DNA of 63,653 nucleotides, filler included, from Rhabdomonas costata (Eukaryota), in NCBI GenBank assembly GCA_019059605.1. It is 49 parts of 49 records of this genome, joined end to end, with 100 filler letters (N's around TTAATTAATTAA, not from the genome) between each part and the next. Parts side by side here need not be neighbours in the genome. Positions count along the whole stretch, not along the records: positions 1 to 1,199 come from JAHMHO010023805.1; positions 1,300 to 2,501 come from JAHMHO010023806.1; positions 2,602 to 3,803 come from JAHMHO010023807.1; positions 3,904 to 5,105 come from JAHMHO010023808.1; positions 5,206 to 6,407 come from JAHMHO010023809.1; positions 6,508 to 7,709 come from JAHMHO010023810.1; positions 7,810 to 9,011 come from JAHMHO010023811.1; positions 9,112 to 10,313 come from JAHMHO010023812.1; 41 more parts are not named here. One strand, written 5' to 3'. The translations under genes and the position numbers were made by a program. Positions within the stretch are counted from its first letter, which is position 1. Each line of letters opens with the position of its first letter. The notes beneath the pieces were generated by a model. That model ran no database searches. It had not been told where the DNA came from and saw only the letters and a program-made list of their open reading frames with translations. Positions 1-12,238 of the stretch are shown here, one piece after another.

Positions 1-1199
1 TGCTCGGCGCTTGATAGAACCGGTGAAAGCGAATTGGGAGGGGGTGAGGCACTGGTGCCGCCTGCTGAGGTCAGCACGCTCAAGTCAGCACAGCTGCCAG
101 CTTGCTGCCGCTTAGCGTATCTGCGGGTGCTGCGAGCATCAAGGGGTCGCAGAAGTTTCGGTACGGGAGGACCGCGCTGGGCGCCCTTCACCATTATGAA
201 AAACAGACCACGAACGAAAAAATGATTACACTCAGTAAGTTCAAGCATGCAGCCACCCGGCTTCCATTGGGCCCCCTGACTACTATTGTTACTTGAGCGG
301 AACCGATGACATTCTGGTTGCAATTTTACTGTTTCTTGTAACCCGATTTCGTTTGAGCCCCTGTAGGGTTTGTATAGGGTACTCTTTCCCTGTAACCCTG
401 ACAGTGGGATTAAAGTTAGTTCAAGAAGGTAGGAGTAGATCCGAATTCGTCTGAGGGGATCGGGCTCACCCAGGAGAATCTTTTGTTCAATCCGCTGGGG
501 GCTTGGGGAACCCCCCCCCCCAAAAAAAAACGTCCTGTTTGGGGAGGCTTGCTTAGCGTACTCAGGTAAACAGCCCTGGTGCAGTTGGCACTCAACAGGA
601 ATGCTTGCCCAGATGCCTTGTTTCGGCCATTTTAAGACGATTTATTTACCTTGCTTGGCAAGAGGACAAATCAATGTGTGTCTGCCACCTTGTCATCCGT
701 ACCCCCGGACCCCCTGCCCCAGTGTCATGGATGTTTTGTAAACGCGCATGTGGGTATTGGAATTGAGCGACAGAGAGAGGGCTGAAAAAAGAAAAGCCGA
801 AAGACGTCTCCTGGGTCCCTAGGTCCTGTATTCCCCTCAGCCCTTCACAAGTGTAAAGGGCCCCCATGCCTGGAATGGGGCTCCCGCAGACTTGCTGCAA
901 GAAGAGCTCTACCGACGGATAATATGAACTGGACTGGACCACTCCTCCCCCTTATCTTAGCATCCATTGAAATCGCTTGAAACCAACAACCGCACCGACC
1001 TCCAGTTTCGATTCCAGTTTTTTCTCACGGTGAGTTTCAAGCGCTGGCTGCATGGACACTGTGCATTTTATCCTTTCCAGTCGATCAAATTACGTTGTAA
1101 GCTGCTCTCAAGAAGTGGTACTGGTTCCTCCCAGTCGTTCCTCCCGGGTTAACTTTGGGCGCTGCTTTTAGTGGAGCCTTTCCTGCAACCTAGTCATTT

Positions 1200-1299
1200 N
1201 NNNNNNNNNNNNNNNNNNNNNNNNNNNNNNNNNNNNNNNNNNNTTAATTAATTAANNNNNNNNNNNNNNNNNNNNNNNNNNNNNNNNNNNNNNNNNNNN
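1200..1299. other. Artificial contig linker N44-TTAATTAATTAA-N44 (first of 48, repeating every ~1300 nt; last at 62353-62452)
   Basis: Identical 100-nt spacer with stop codons in all six frames separates 49 contigs of ~1195-1202 nt. Confidence 0.99.
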
Positions 1300-1753
1300 C
1301 CTTCCTTGAGGGGGTGGGGTCTTTTCTCGCGGGAACGGCCCTTCGGGCTTTTCTTTTGGATGGGTGAACGGGCAGCACCGGTATCTGCAGAGGTCGCCGT
1401 GCCAGCACCTCGCTCTGTCTTTGCGGTACGGGCTATTCCTGACCTCTTCCGCTGAGCCTCCTGTACCTCGAGGCTGCCTCACTGACTCTTTGCCCTGGTG
1501 CGTCTGCGAATACTTTGGCTTCCCGTTGGCCCTGTGTGTGTGTGTGTGTGAAGGCGTGTTAAGTTTCAATGGATGAGACCAGCGAAATGTATGCACGAGA
1601 ATGTCATGCGCACTCGATGCAACAAGATTAATCAAAGAGACGGCGTCCAAAATGCAGGTCGACTCAGATCTCCATTCAAGCGCACGCGCATATTCCTATT
1701 CCTGCACGGCATACTAAAGCATACAAAACAGGCGCATATCAACCAAATCATAC

Positions 1754-2100
1754 CCGAGCGGTGACATTGAAGAGCTGCTCGGTCACACTGATCTCCCCAA
1801 CTCGACTGAGCCAATCTGTGTCCCATAGCACACGCCTCTGTACGCAATCGGTGTTTCCCAAGGAATCCCCAGTGCAGTTGGAGGACCCCGCGGCGACGGC
1901 AGGGAAGCTGCCAAAGTGAAACCCCGTCATTGCACTGGACAGGGACCACCTCAGGGACCCGGTGGTGGCGTCCGTGTCGATGCCCAGGAAATGCCCGTCC
2001 GGGGTGCCCAGGAAGCCGCTGGTGGGGCTCTGATCCTTGCCCGTCAGCACAGTCATCGAGAAAGCGATTTCCTTGCGAAGGTCCACAGGCGTGGGATTGC
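1754..2100 (-). CDS. Hypothetical protein exon (possibly an extracellular/receptor domain)
   Basis: 347-nt GC-rich open exon bounded by TTTCTTGCAG acceptor and GTATGA donor. Confidence 0.55.
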
Positions 2101-3296
2101 CTGCAAGAAACAGAAAAGGCACACGCATAAAAACAGCTGACCAACTCAAGGATCCTCTCCATAGTAAAAGATGACAAATAATTCCGAGACTGTGTGGCAC
2201 TCGTTGCCCGAGGGCTTTTTGACCCCAAGGCATAGTCTTCCCTATAAACTCCTTCTTGCACCACAACCTTCCCTTGCTCGCTTGTGAAGTCCCCGGGAGG
2301 CCCCAACAAAGATTCAAAATCTAAAACGACCATAAAAAGCTCGAAATTATCAAAATTAGGTATAAAAAAGCAGCCCCAAACAGGCCAAATGACCCGAAAT
2401 AGGCAAAAATGGACAAAAAAAATAAGCAGGATTTGCTCATAAAATAGCATCTGTGTCGTCAAATGTGTCCCATATCCCCTGAAAAGTCAATGTTGAGATA
2501 CNNNNNNNNNNNNNNNNNNNNNNNNNNNNNNNNNNNNNNNNNNNNTTAATTAATTAANNNNNNNNNNNNNNNNNNNNNNNNNNNNNNNNNNNNNNNNNNN
2601 NGGTTTTTTGTAACATCCACTCGCTCGCTCGCTCACTCAGTCTTTGCACAAGGGTTGAACATGACCTCTCTGCGTTTCACAACTCCATTTTTGCAGACCC
2701 TACCAGTGGTTTGCTTCAAGTTCTTCTCTTTCCGGCTGGAGCTTCCGATGAGAAGGTTTGCTTTGCGTCCGTCGGTTTCCAAGCCGGAAGGTTTGGCGTA
2801 CTCTGAGCTGGCTTTAGTTAGTTTAGTCTCGATGGTCACGAGATCTCCTCTGCGCTGCAATGCCCCGTCTGTGCCGACCGTCTCCACAGTTCAGTTCAGT
2901 GAACGGCATTGTTAGTGCACCGGCTGAGTGCAGGATGTTCAGGATTTCGCCCAAGATGCAAAAGCCAACAACCTTGTTGGGTGTAGGAGGGTGAGAGCAG
3001 CACCACAGCTTTCGCTCCCTCTTCCTCTTCTCTCTCTTATTCTCTCTTCTCCGACCTTTCTTTTTTGGCGGCCCTTCCACACTTCCATTCACTGGTTCCT
3101 TCTCCTGCAGTTCTCTGTTCCCCCCCTCCCCTTCCCTTCCCTTCCCTTCTCACACCAAGGAAAAAAGAGCGGTCAAAGATTGGAAGGGAAGGGAAGAAGG
3201 GAATGATGCTAAGGGATAAGGATTCAGAAAGAAATCGTAGACATACAGACAGAATGAATTTACAATATGCACAGAAGAGAGTGGGAAGGAGGTGTG

Positions 3297-3351
3297 GTGT
3301 GCGTGTGCGTGTGCGTGTGTGTGTGCGTGTGCGTGTGCGTGTGCGTGCGTG
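3297..3351. repeat. (GTGCGT)n microsatellite; a second tract at 3911-3992
   Basis: Direct inspection. Confidence 0.95.
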
Positions 3352-4054
3352 CAAAGAGCCAGAGCGGCCCTTGGTGTCACACAGAAATGTTTTCCGGGAT
3401 GGAAATGCGGTTGACATAATTGCATTAATTGCGAAGAGAAATACATACCCGAATGCAGTTAATGCTTAGGATTCTGACCTAAAAGCAACGCAAATGGGGG
3501 GGGGGGTCGCCAGCCGGTCGGCCAAGAGGACGGGCGACGGCCTGAGCTACAAGGGAAGACATACAACGAGAGAGAAAGTGGAAGAGCATTTCTTAGAGAA
3601 GGTTCTGATGGCCATACAGGTTGGTTGCGAACTTGACGAACTTTGTGAAGGAAGTGAAGACCAGGTGCTCTTGCACCTTTGCAGGTTTTATTAAGGCCAG
3701 GGTTGACACATGTTGCCAGGTTGAAGAGCTTCGGCGTCATCCTGGGCTGAGTTTGAATCCTTTGCGACATCCTGTGCCCCGATCCGCGTGCTGACCCAAA
3801 ACANNNNNNNNNNNNNNNNNNNNNNNNNNNNNNNNNNNNNNNNNNNNTTAATTAATTAANNNNNNNNNNNNNNNNNNNNNNNNNNNNNNNNNNNNNNNNN
3901 NNNGTGTTGGGTGTGCGCGCGCGCGTGTGTGTGCGTGTGCGTGTGCGTGTGCGTGTGCGTGTGCGTGTGCATGTGCGTGTGGGTGTGCGTGTATGATCGA
4001 CGAGCAGAGACTGACCACGAAAATCGGGGCTCGGAATCAAACGAAACTAATTAC

Positions 4055-5105
4055 CTTCGAAAGCTGCAGAAACAAGCTCAGTGCACTGCTGCTTGAACTC
4101 TTCAACGTGAGGTGGATCCTGAGAAAGAAATAAGAAAGCCACTGCAACCCGCACGGGTGTCGATGGGGACAGCTGGACAGCAAGCAAGCGTCCCAGAAAG
4201 AAGGCCCGACAAAGGGTGACCTCGGAGATCAGCGCGTCAAAGTTCTTCAGCCATTGTTCCGCTCGGCAGCGCAGGTCTTCGTCTCTTTTGGCCGAGCTGA
4301 GCCCATGAGCTTGGTCCTGAAGCAACCTTTCGAGCTGAGGGCAGTCATAAAAATTGTTCTGAGCAAAACACAACAGAAGAGCACATTTTGGCCTCAAAGA
4401 CGTGCAGGTTACATTTCTTTTGTGAATGTGAAGTTATTTTAAGGTGGATATATCAAAACCCTCAGCGGGTTTCCCCTCACCTCCGGAATCCGGGAGTAGT
4501 GGTAAGAACCACTTTTTCTTTGGGGGTGGGGTGGGGGGACCTGACATTTCTGATATCCATTCCCTGACCACACAGTGACACAACTTTGACTTGTTGGCAT
4601 TCCAAAAGCAGCACACATTTCGGTCACACGTTGGGCCCACATTGGCACAGGCGTTGGGAGGTTGAGAAGACTGAAGAAATAACCACGAAATTAACGCCTC
4701 TACCCCTCGGACATGGTACCAGCAGATGCTCTGCAGCATAACCGCATTCGATTTCAGGTGCCGCCACGGCTACACACCGGCTTTGTTGCTGTGACGTAAA
4801 CTAAAATTTCCGAGAAAGACATGAGCAGTTAAGTAAGTTGGCGAACTTGTTCACGCACCGTACCGCACCCAGCACCACAAATAGGCGAACGCCGAGCACC
4901 TCACTCAGCTCCACGGAGAGGGCGCCCCTCAGAGCCTTCAAGAAGCCAACCTCGTGTTCCAGCCCCAGTAGAGCGCTTAGCGTGGCGGCGGCCTCGGTCT
5001 CCTCGGCCTGCTTGGCATGCAGCACCCGCCGGAGCTCCGCGCTGAACTCGCAGTCCCGGGCCTGCTTCGCAGCCACCACCGCCTGGCTACGCGCGGTCTC
5101 CGCGG
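4055..5105 (-). CDS. Hypothetical coiled-coil protein, three exons
   Basis: Exons 4900-5105, 4221-4334 and 4055-4118 are flanked by GT-AG and phase-compatible; A/E/L/Q-rich helical sequence. Confidence 0.7.
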
Positions 5106-5395
5106 NNNNNNNNNNNNNNNNNNNNNNNNNNNNNNNNNNNNNNNNNNNNTTAATTAATTAANNNNNNNNNNNNNNNNNNNNNNNNNNNNNNNNNNNNNNN
5201 NNNNNTGTTTTGGGGTTAGTTCTTTTCTAGTTTTAGTTGATGTTATACTTTACGTTTCACAAAGTTATTGTTCTCGCCAGGTTGGTGAACAAGTGTGAAA
5301 AGTGGCGTGATAATGAATTGAATAAATTAGTCGTTTTGTTAATCTCGATGAACTTTCGACACGGCAAAGAGGAAACAGGCCCTTTCAGTGGGTCC

Positions 5396-5860
5396 CTACA
5401 CGACCCTGTGTTGGACAGAGTGCCAAGATGGATGACGGATGAGGCGCTTGCCTAGCCAAGTGATGGACTGCGTTGGAACGAGCTCGGATTTGTGGTTTAG
5501 CAGAAGACCTGCAGACATAATGAGATGCGCACAGTAGTGTGTGACGCAGGAATGGAAGTGAGGATCGGGACATGCAAGAAGAATATCAACAAGACACTGA
5601 AAGAAGAGAAGTGAGGGGTCAGATGCCCGCGAGAGTGTGTTGTGCAAGGAAAGGAGACCAGGACCACCCGAAAGGAAGGCGACGTCAGAAAAAGGTGCTG
5701 CCCAGCCGTGAGAACAAGACAACCACAACCTCCACGTCGCTCCACGTCGGAGAGAAGGGGAGCCAATCGGATTTCCGGCCGGAGGGGGAGGCGGAGAAGG
5801 CGCTGGAAGAGGGAGAGTAAAGCTGGAAACGGGAAGGGAGGGAAGGGAAGGGGCACTGCA
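5396..5860 (-). mobile_element. Degenerate DIRS-type reverse transcriptase C-terminal fragment
   Basis: FQCLVDILLACPDP (decayed YLDD) followed by AGLLLNHKSELVPTQSITWLGK, typical of DIRS/YR-retrotransposon RT. Confidence 0.65.
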
Positions 5861-5947
5861 GGTCAAAAGGCCGGGCGGATTGGGAAGGGGCCCAGCGTGG
5901 CTGAGCTGGTCAGGAGTGGTGCCGAGCTGGACAAGGGTGGTGGCCCC

Positions 5948-6400
5948 ATGCACGACATTGCCCGTCTCCCCGCTTTCCGCATCTACTTCCCAACCCCCGA
6001 AGTCACATCGTCCCCATTCACCGCACTCCTCCTCCACTCTCTCGCCCCAACTACACTGCGTGCGAACCGCGACGTTATGGGCCACTTTCGGGAATGGACT
6101 ATGGAAATCTCCCCTTCCCCTGTCTGCCTCTCCGAAGTCATCTCCACATATATGCTTACGCTCTCATCTCCACCGCGCACCTCCACCGTTTGCACATTTT
6201 TGGCCGCTGTCACATTCGCTGACACCATCTCAAACGCTTCATTGGAGATCTGCCAGTACTCGTCTGTCCAGAACCCCCCAACGAATGTGGTTTCCCATTT
6301 ATGCTCTCACGCTTTCGTCCCCTCAACGCTCCTCTTGCCCTCTCGTGCCAGATGTCTCTTCGTGTTTGCCTTCCTACTCCGCCAACCCACACCAAACACC
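5948..6400 (+). mobile_element. Degenerate tyrosine-recombinase N-terminal (SAM-like) fragment of a YR retrotransposon
   Basis: LLLHSLAPTTLRAN...FREW ... STVCTFLAAVTF resembles the SLAxxTxxxY...FxxW / STxxxYLxAI pattern. Confidence 0.5.
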
Positions 6401-6508
6401 CAACACANNNNNNNNNNNNNNNNNNNNNNNNNNNNNNNNNNNNNNNNNNNNTTAATTAATTAANNNNNNNNNNNNNNNNNNNNNNNNNNNNNNNNNNNNN
6501 NNNNNNNC

Positions 6509-7709
6509 GCGGTCGAGGGTGCGGGGCGGGCAGCGTGGGGAGAATCGAAAGTCCGCGGCAACCTTTCGTATGTCCTACTGGCCAAGGGGCTTGCATCGGA
6601 GGTCGGAGGAGAGGTGAGAAAACACGAAATGGACAGAGTTTTTGCCGCCGTACGACCCGAGGTCCCAGCGTTCAGCGCCGAGAACGTGTCGGTGACCTCC
6701 CTGCTTGCAAATGGTGGGGAGGGCGCCAGGCTGCTCCGTGCCTTTGTGACGAACCAGATCATGCCCATTGCCGGGATGAGTGGGATGTCCCTGGCCGTGG
6801 TGGAGGGCGGGCAGGTTGTGTTTTGCGAGGGGTTCGGCCGGCTGTCCTCCGCCCCTTCGTCAGCTGCGGTGACCAACCACACCCAGTTTATGATCGGCAG
6901 CGTGACGAAGAGCTTCACGACTCTGGTGATCTCCAGGCTTGTCGAGGAGGGAAGGATCGTGGGGGGCTGGAACGCCACGGCAGGGCGCCTGCTTGGGCCC
7001 GGCCTGCCTCAAGTCGCCGGGGCGGAGTGGGCCCAGCTGAGCCTTCGTGGGCTTGTCTCCGCGGGGACGGGGTTTGCTCGGAAGGACGCGATGCTTCTGG
7101 GCTTATTCTTAGCTGACCTGCAGGATGACGCGAAGTGCGAGGAGGCGCTGTGGAGAGCCCTGTCCTCGCTGCGCAGGGTGCGGCAAGCGGGCGAGAGCTT
7201 CACTTACCAGAATCAGCTTGTGGCGGCCGCTGGGTTAGCCGCAGCCGCGGCTGTGGCGGAGAAAACCCCAGGGGAGTCCTTGCTGCAGCGCTATGAGAGG
7301 CTTCTTGGAGAGAAGATCTTTCGCCCGAGAGGAATGCAGAACAGCGGCCTTTCCCCCCGCGGCAGTGACGTGGCGAAGCCCCAAGGGGTTGAAGCAGATG
7401 GCACTGTGCGAGAGATGCCTGGGGCGGTTTCGTTGAATAGGCTTACAAAAACGACAGCGCCCGCTGGGCTTATCTGGAGCAACGCAGTGGACATGGCGAA
7501 GTACGTGATGGCGGAGATTGCGGAGCCATCGGAAAGGCACGTAGCGATTCAGCCAATCACGGAGAGGGAGGGCTACGGTTTGGGATTCGGTGTTGCGGAA
7601 GGCCTCCGGAAGTTAAAGGCTGTTTATCATAGTGGTGGCACATTTGGCTTCACCTCCCATCTTTTCTTCTTCCCCACGAAGAAGAAAAGATGGGAGGTGA
7701 AGCCAAAAA
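6509..7709 (+). CDS. Beta-lactamase-family (class C/AmpC-like) serine hydrolase, partial, open at both contig ends
   Basis: Uninterrupted frame across the whole contig with SxxK (FMIGSVTK), YxN (FTYQN), PAGLIWSNAVDMAKY and HxG (VYHSGGTFGF) motifs. Confidence 0.9.
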
Positions 7710-8285
7710 NNNNNNNNNNNNNNNNNNNNNNNNNNNNNNNNNNNNNNNNNNNNTTAATTAATTAANNNNNNNNNNNNNNNNNNNNNNNNNNNNNNNNNNN
7801 NNNNNNNNNACATCCCAGACCCATATGTCTCGCCAGTGCCAGTGCATCGCCCTGCAACCGATGCACTGCGAGACCCAAATTAATGCGGGGGACATTTTAT
7901 GGCAAGGAACAGGGGGAGCTGGTATGACCAAAATGAAATTAGGTCAAGAAAAACTCAATTCCGGAGACCTGATTTCTGGAATCCTTGGATTTGGCCAAAA
8001 TCCATACAAGTTTGGAAACACACCCCAAATTCTAAAACGAATGGGATAGCATCACCACATACAAATGCTCCAAAGTTTAAAAGCCTCCAAATCCCAAATT
8101 GGTAAAAAGTGTTCGTGTGTTTGTGAAATAAAATGTCCGAGGAGATATATCAGTTCCAGAAGGCACGGAATTTCTTCGAAACCGGATCATGAAAGGTAAT
8201 CGATATCTGTTCCCAACAACCCAACAACCCGACAACAACAATAAGTGGATTTTTTTTACAAACAAAAACAATTCACGGCACAGCG

Positions 8286-8732
8286 TCACCACTGTTCAGT
8301 GAAATACCCACGTGCAAACGGCAAATAGCAAACAGAAAACAACACACAAGGAACAAGAAAGAGATGAAAGTCGGAATGGTGGTACTGAAGACGTGTGCAT
8401 CTTTTATCTGCTGCTTTTTTCACGAGGCCACCCTCCCTCCCATTCTCAACATACAACACCAACTGATCTTGATTTCCTTTAAAAATAGAATGCGGGTGGC
8501 GGTTGAATGCCTGTGTTACAACCTTTGTGCGAAGCAGCCATGGGAACCATCGTGAAGCCTGCCGGACTGTGTGGTGGGGGTTGTCCTTGCCCACGGGGCA
8601 CACCACAGGCTTCTCAGGGCAATGGAATCCAGGGTGAACAGGCCCGAGGGTTATGCTTGGTGTAGGGCGGCACTTCGGACTTGAGCCCAACACCCCAACC
8701 ACAAAAAGCGCCGCAATCGCAGTGCGGAGCAT
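8286..8732 (-). CDS. Possible secreted protein (N-terminal signal-peptide-like MLRTAIAALFVVGVLG); 3' extent uncertain
   Basis: ATG followed by a basic-hydrophobic-small residue pattern; no recognisable domain. Confidence 0.35.
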   Translation of the reverse strand: MLRTAIAALFVVGVLGSSPKCRPTPSITLGPVHPGFHCPEKPVVCPVGKDNPHHTVRQASRWFPWLLRTKVVTQAFNRHPHSIFKGNQDQLVLYVENGREGGLVKKAADKRCTRLQYHHSDFHLFLVPCVLFSVCYLPFARGYFTEQW

Positions 8733-11700
8733 TGCTCGATAATAGAAACACCCCCTGGGCTTTCTTTCGCTCTCCCCCTTTTTGTAATACCTGTTTATAG
8801 AGGAGTTGCTGGAGTGAAATCAGGACCAAACATATGGCAGAAATAAGTATATGAGGTGATGCTAAAAAAACCGTTGAGCTTAGGAGCATATTTATTTTCC
8901 TCAACGCCGCAAAACCGTGACCACAAGCCCGAAAACGCTCCACGGGAATCTAGACAGTTAACTGGCGCAAATAGTCAAAGCTCCCTTCGCTGCAAAAAGC
9001 AAAAAAAAAACNNNNNNNNNNNNNNNNNNNNNNNNNNNNNNNNNNNNNNNNNNNNTTAATTAATTAANNNNNNNNNNNNNNNNNNNNNNNNNNNNNNNNN
9101 NNNNNNNNNNNGTGTTGGGTGGTGGGTGGGTGTCCGTGTGTTGCCATGAAAGGACTGATACAATGAGATGCCAATGCTTTCCCCGCCTCCTGCCGGTCAA
9201 GTAGTGCCCTTCTGGATGACACAGCGCACGCCGGACCACACTGCGCATGTTCTCCGGTTATAGTTCACTACCCCAACGTATAAGCCTCTTTGAGGATCCT
9301 CTAATCCAATACTGTAGAAAGGGGTTCAGAGTTCATGGTGCAACGCCTTATACATCACACGTAGCAATGGTTCACAGGCTACCCACCGCGTGTGGTGTGT
9401 GTGTGGGGGGGGGGGCTCCTATTCTATTGAGATCCTTGAGGCACCTCCCCTGCGTCCGTATGCACTTTAGCACAGAGATTGCAGCCCCGTCTCATTTGTA
9501 AGGTATTCGTTCGAACCCTTCAAGTTCGAACGGAGAATTTGTTAGTAGGTGGTTCATCGGATAAAACTCCCAAACACGAACAGAGTGAGAGAGAGAGAGA
9601 GGCTGCAGCCTCTACACACAGCCTCTACGAGCCGAAGAGGGGATCCTCTCTCCCCCTTAATTGAGAGTGTGTCATCATCAAGGATCCGGCTCTAGCGGGA
9701 CCCGAGCTCCTGCACCACCACTCATTTCCACATTCCTCACCCAAAGAGAACGAAGGTAAAACAGAAAGGAGCACGTGTGCATTCCCCAGCGGAACAGGGG
9801 CTCTGGTGAAGTGGCGTGTGTGGGGGAGTACCCCGGTACACTCGCCCAGGGGTAAGGTGGCGATGCGCGTGTCCTCTGAGATTCCAATAAAAGCTTTTGC
9901 AGGGGGTTTTGTGACGTGGCATGAGATCTGCGGCGGGATGCTGTCCGACATATTGGTGGTTTCGGGGAAGAACACGGGCGCGGCTTGGACTGTTCAGCTC
10001 GTGGCATAGTGGTGTTGCATACACAGAACCGTACCGGCAAAATATGGGATGGGAATTCACAAAAATTCACATTTACTTATTTTCTACGACAGACTTTGAC
10101 CACCATTTTTATAATCTCTCTATCGGTACGATGGCGGGCACTTCTTACTGTTGAGTTCAGGGTACGGCTGTTCCGGCTGAAGACAGCCCTTCGGCTTTTA
10201 CTTGTGAAGAAGCCGGAGGAATAAGTGGGCTTATACGTGACCCTCGTCTCCCTCCCGGCCGAATACTGACTGATGCAAACGTTTCCCTAACGGTGTTAGC
10301 GGCAGGTACGGGGNNNNNNNNNNNNNNNNNNNNNNNNNNNNNNNNNNNNNNNNNNNNTTAATTAATTAANNNNNNNNNNNNNNNNNNNNNNNNNNNNNNN
10401 NNNNNNNNNNNNNTTTTGTGGTGGTAAATACGTCAGCATTAACATATGTCCATTCTTCTTCATAAATAAAATGTTTAACCTGCGGACGCAACGGACTGTC
10501 TTTCTCGTTTTCCCCATGCACGGGCGCAGGTTTGAAGAAACTCACCAGTAAGCAGCACAGCATCAGCAAGTCGTGGTTGGTTTTTCAAACGTTCGGTTTC
10601 AGTTGTGCAAACAAGATGGCCTTTTAGCAGAGGCAAAAAAAAACACAACAAAGGCAAATTGCCTTTTCTTCGGGCGGTGGGTGTGGGGATGTGAGTACTG
10701 CGGTGGGGTTCTCCGCAGCCCTCTGGACCTTTCAGAGCCCCAGGCAGGCCGCCGCTCCCCGCACCGCAGGGCGGAGTCATGGCCTGTGGCGCCGGGGGTA
10801 CCCCAGCCACCCCTCAGCCCCAAAGGGTGTGCCTCTTCGAACGTCACCCCGATAATGGAGTTTCATAATTTTTTGTCAAGTTTTCCTAGGCATGAGGATA
10901 TTCTTTGCCCATGGGTGGAAGTGGGGTAGTCCCCTTCAAAGGCGTGCCCACCGCGGGTGTACGGGCCGAAGGCTGAGGAGAGCATGAGCATCAGATAAAA
11001 GAGAAAACTCACTCCGAGCGGAAAGGGCAGGTTCATATCTACAGCAGCGGGCGGACCCGTTCCAGTTCCAGCAGTGGCAAACAAAGCAAAGAAACAAAAA
11101 ACACGCGAAGCTCGAAAGGGGTTGGGGCCCCTTCTTTCCGTTGCATAGACACAACGCTGACGAAGGAGAGCAAAGGCCAGAGCTAAAAACTCACTCCAGA
11201 CATCGTTGATGCGGCACAACCCACGATTGCACAAAAAGTTCCGCAGCCGAAAATATCACTCACCGGAACCATGACCTGCAAGGCAGCCAAAATTTCACAG
11301 AAAATTCTCAAAAATTCCCCCAAAAGCGCAATTCTCGCACTGCCCCTTTACACGTCCTCGGCAGCGAATCGAGCAGCGGCTCCTTAAGTTGGGGATGCCG
11401 GTTCTCATCTTCAATTCACTGTCAATTTTCTGCTTCCCCTAGAGCAGGAAGGGGGAGGGGTGCCTTCCTTCGTTGGCTTCTATTTGAGCGCACCTGTCGG
11501 CTGCCCCCGTCCCGGGAGGACCCAGGGGCGGACAAAGGGACCATGTTTGGGGACCCCAGCGGGGGCTTCGCCGTGAGCTTTGGGGTCTCAGATAAGCGCT
11601 CCGAGCCCCACACCCNNNNNNNNNNNNNNNNNNNNNNNNNNNNNNNNNNNNNNNNNNNNTTAATTAATTAANNNNNNNNNNNNNNNNNNNNNNNNNNNNN

Positions 11701-11934
11701 NNNNNNNNNNNNNNNGGGTGGTGGAAGCACGCTGTTAGAACTATAGAGGACAGTGTGGCATTCTTGCGTTTTCACTCTGCAGGTTTGGTACCCTGGTGAA
11801 GCTTTGCTGTTTTTCTGCATTTTCTTGGGTGTGAAGGACGTCTAAGAAAAGGAAATCTGTCTCTCAATTCCCCCCTACGTGGCGATTCACAACTTCCACC
11901 CCGTCTGCATTTCGCCGGTGCGTAGGAATCATAC

Positions 11935-12238
11935 CACTCCTTGGAAAGGGCGGGGTCCGTCAGGATCCGCGTCGCCAGGCGGGCGCCATGGGCCGGGGGA
12001 TTGGAGTACATCGGCCGAACTACCATCTTGAGCTGTGCGAGGAAACGGCACGGATCAACCCCACAGATCACACCATATCACATAACTCCAATGGGTGGAA
12101 GGCTTGCCGGCAGAAAAGAAGAAGGCCACCACATTTTGCCATCGAGCCCCACGCTGCCACAAACACAAACCTGGCTGGAGACTCGGGCAGCCGTTTCGGC
12201 GTTAACACAAACCATGGAGAGGAGTCCGATTCGCTCGC
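11935..12238 (-). CDS. Aspartate aminotransferase (GOT2-like, RPMYSNPP motif), two internal exons
   Basis: Exons 12171-12238 and 11935-12032 (GT-AG) give GERIGLLSMVCVNAETAARVSSQ|LKMVVRPMYSNPPAHGARLATRILTDPALSKEW, the hallmark class-I AAT motifs. Confidence 0.92.

Noticed and set aside
1000-1190. Minus-strand NDWEEPVP/LRAAYNVI*STG resembling a gypsy integrase tail
   Set aside because: Short, frameshifted and stop-containing; insufficient to call.
3037-4133. ORFs rich in HA/RT/CV/RV dipeptides
   Set aside because: Translations of (GTGCGT)n microsatellites.
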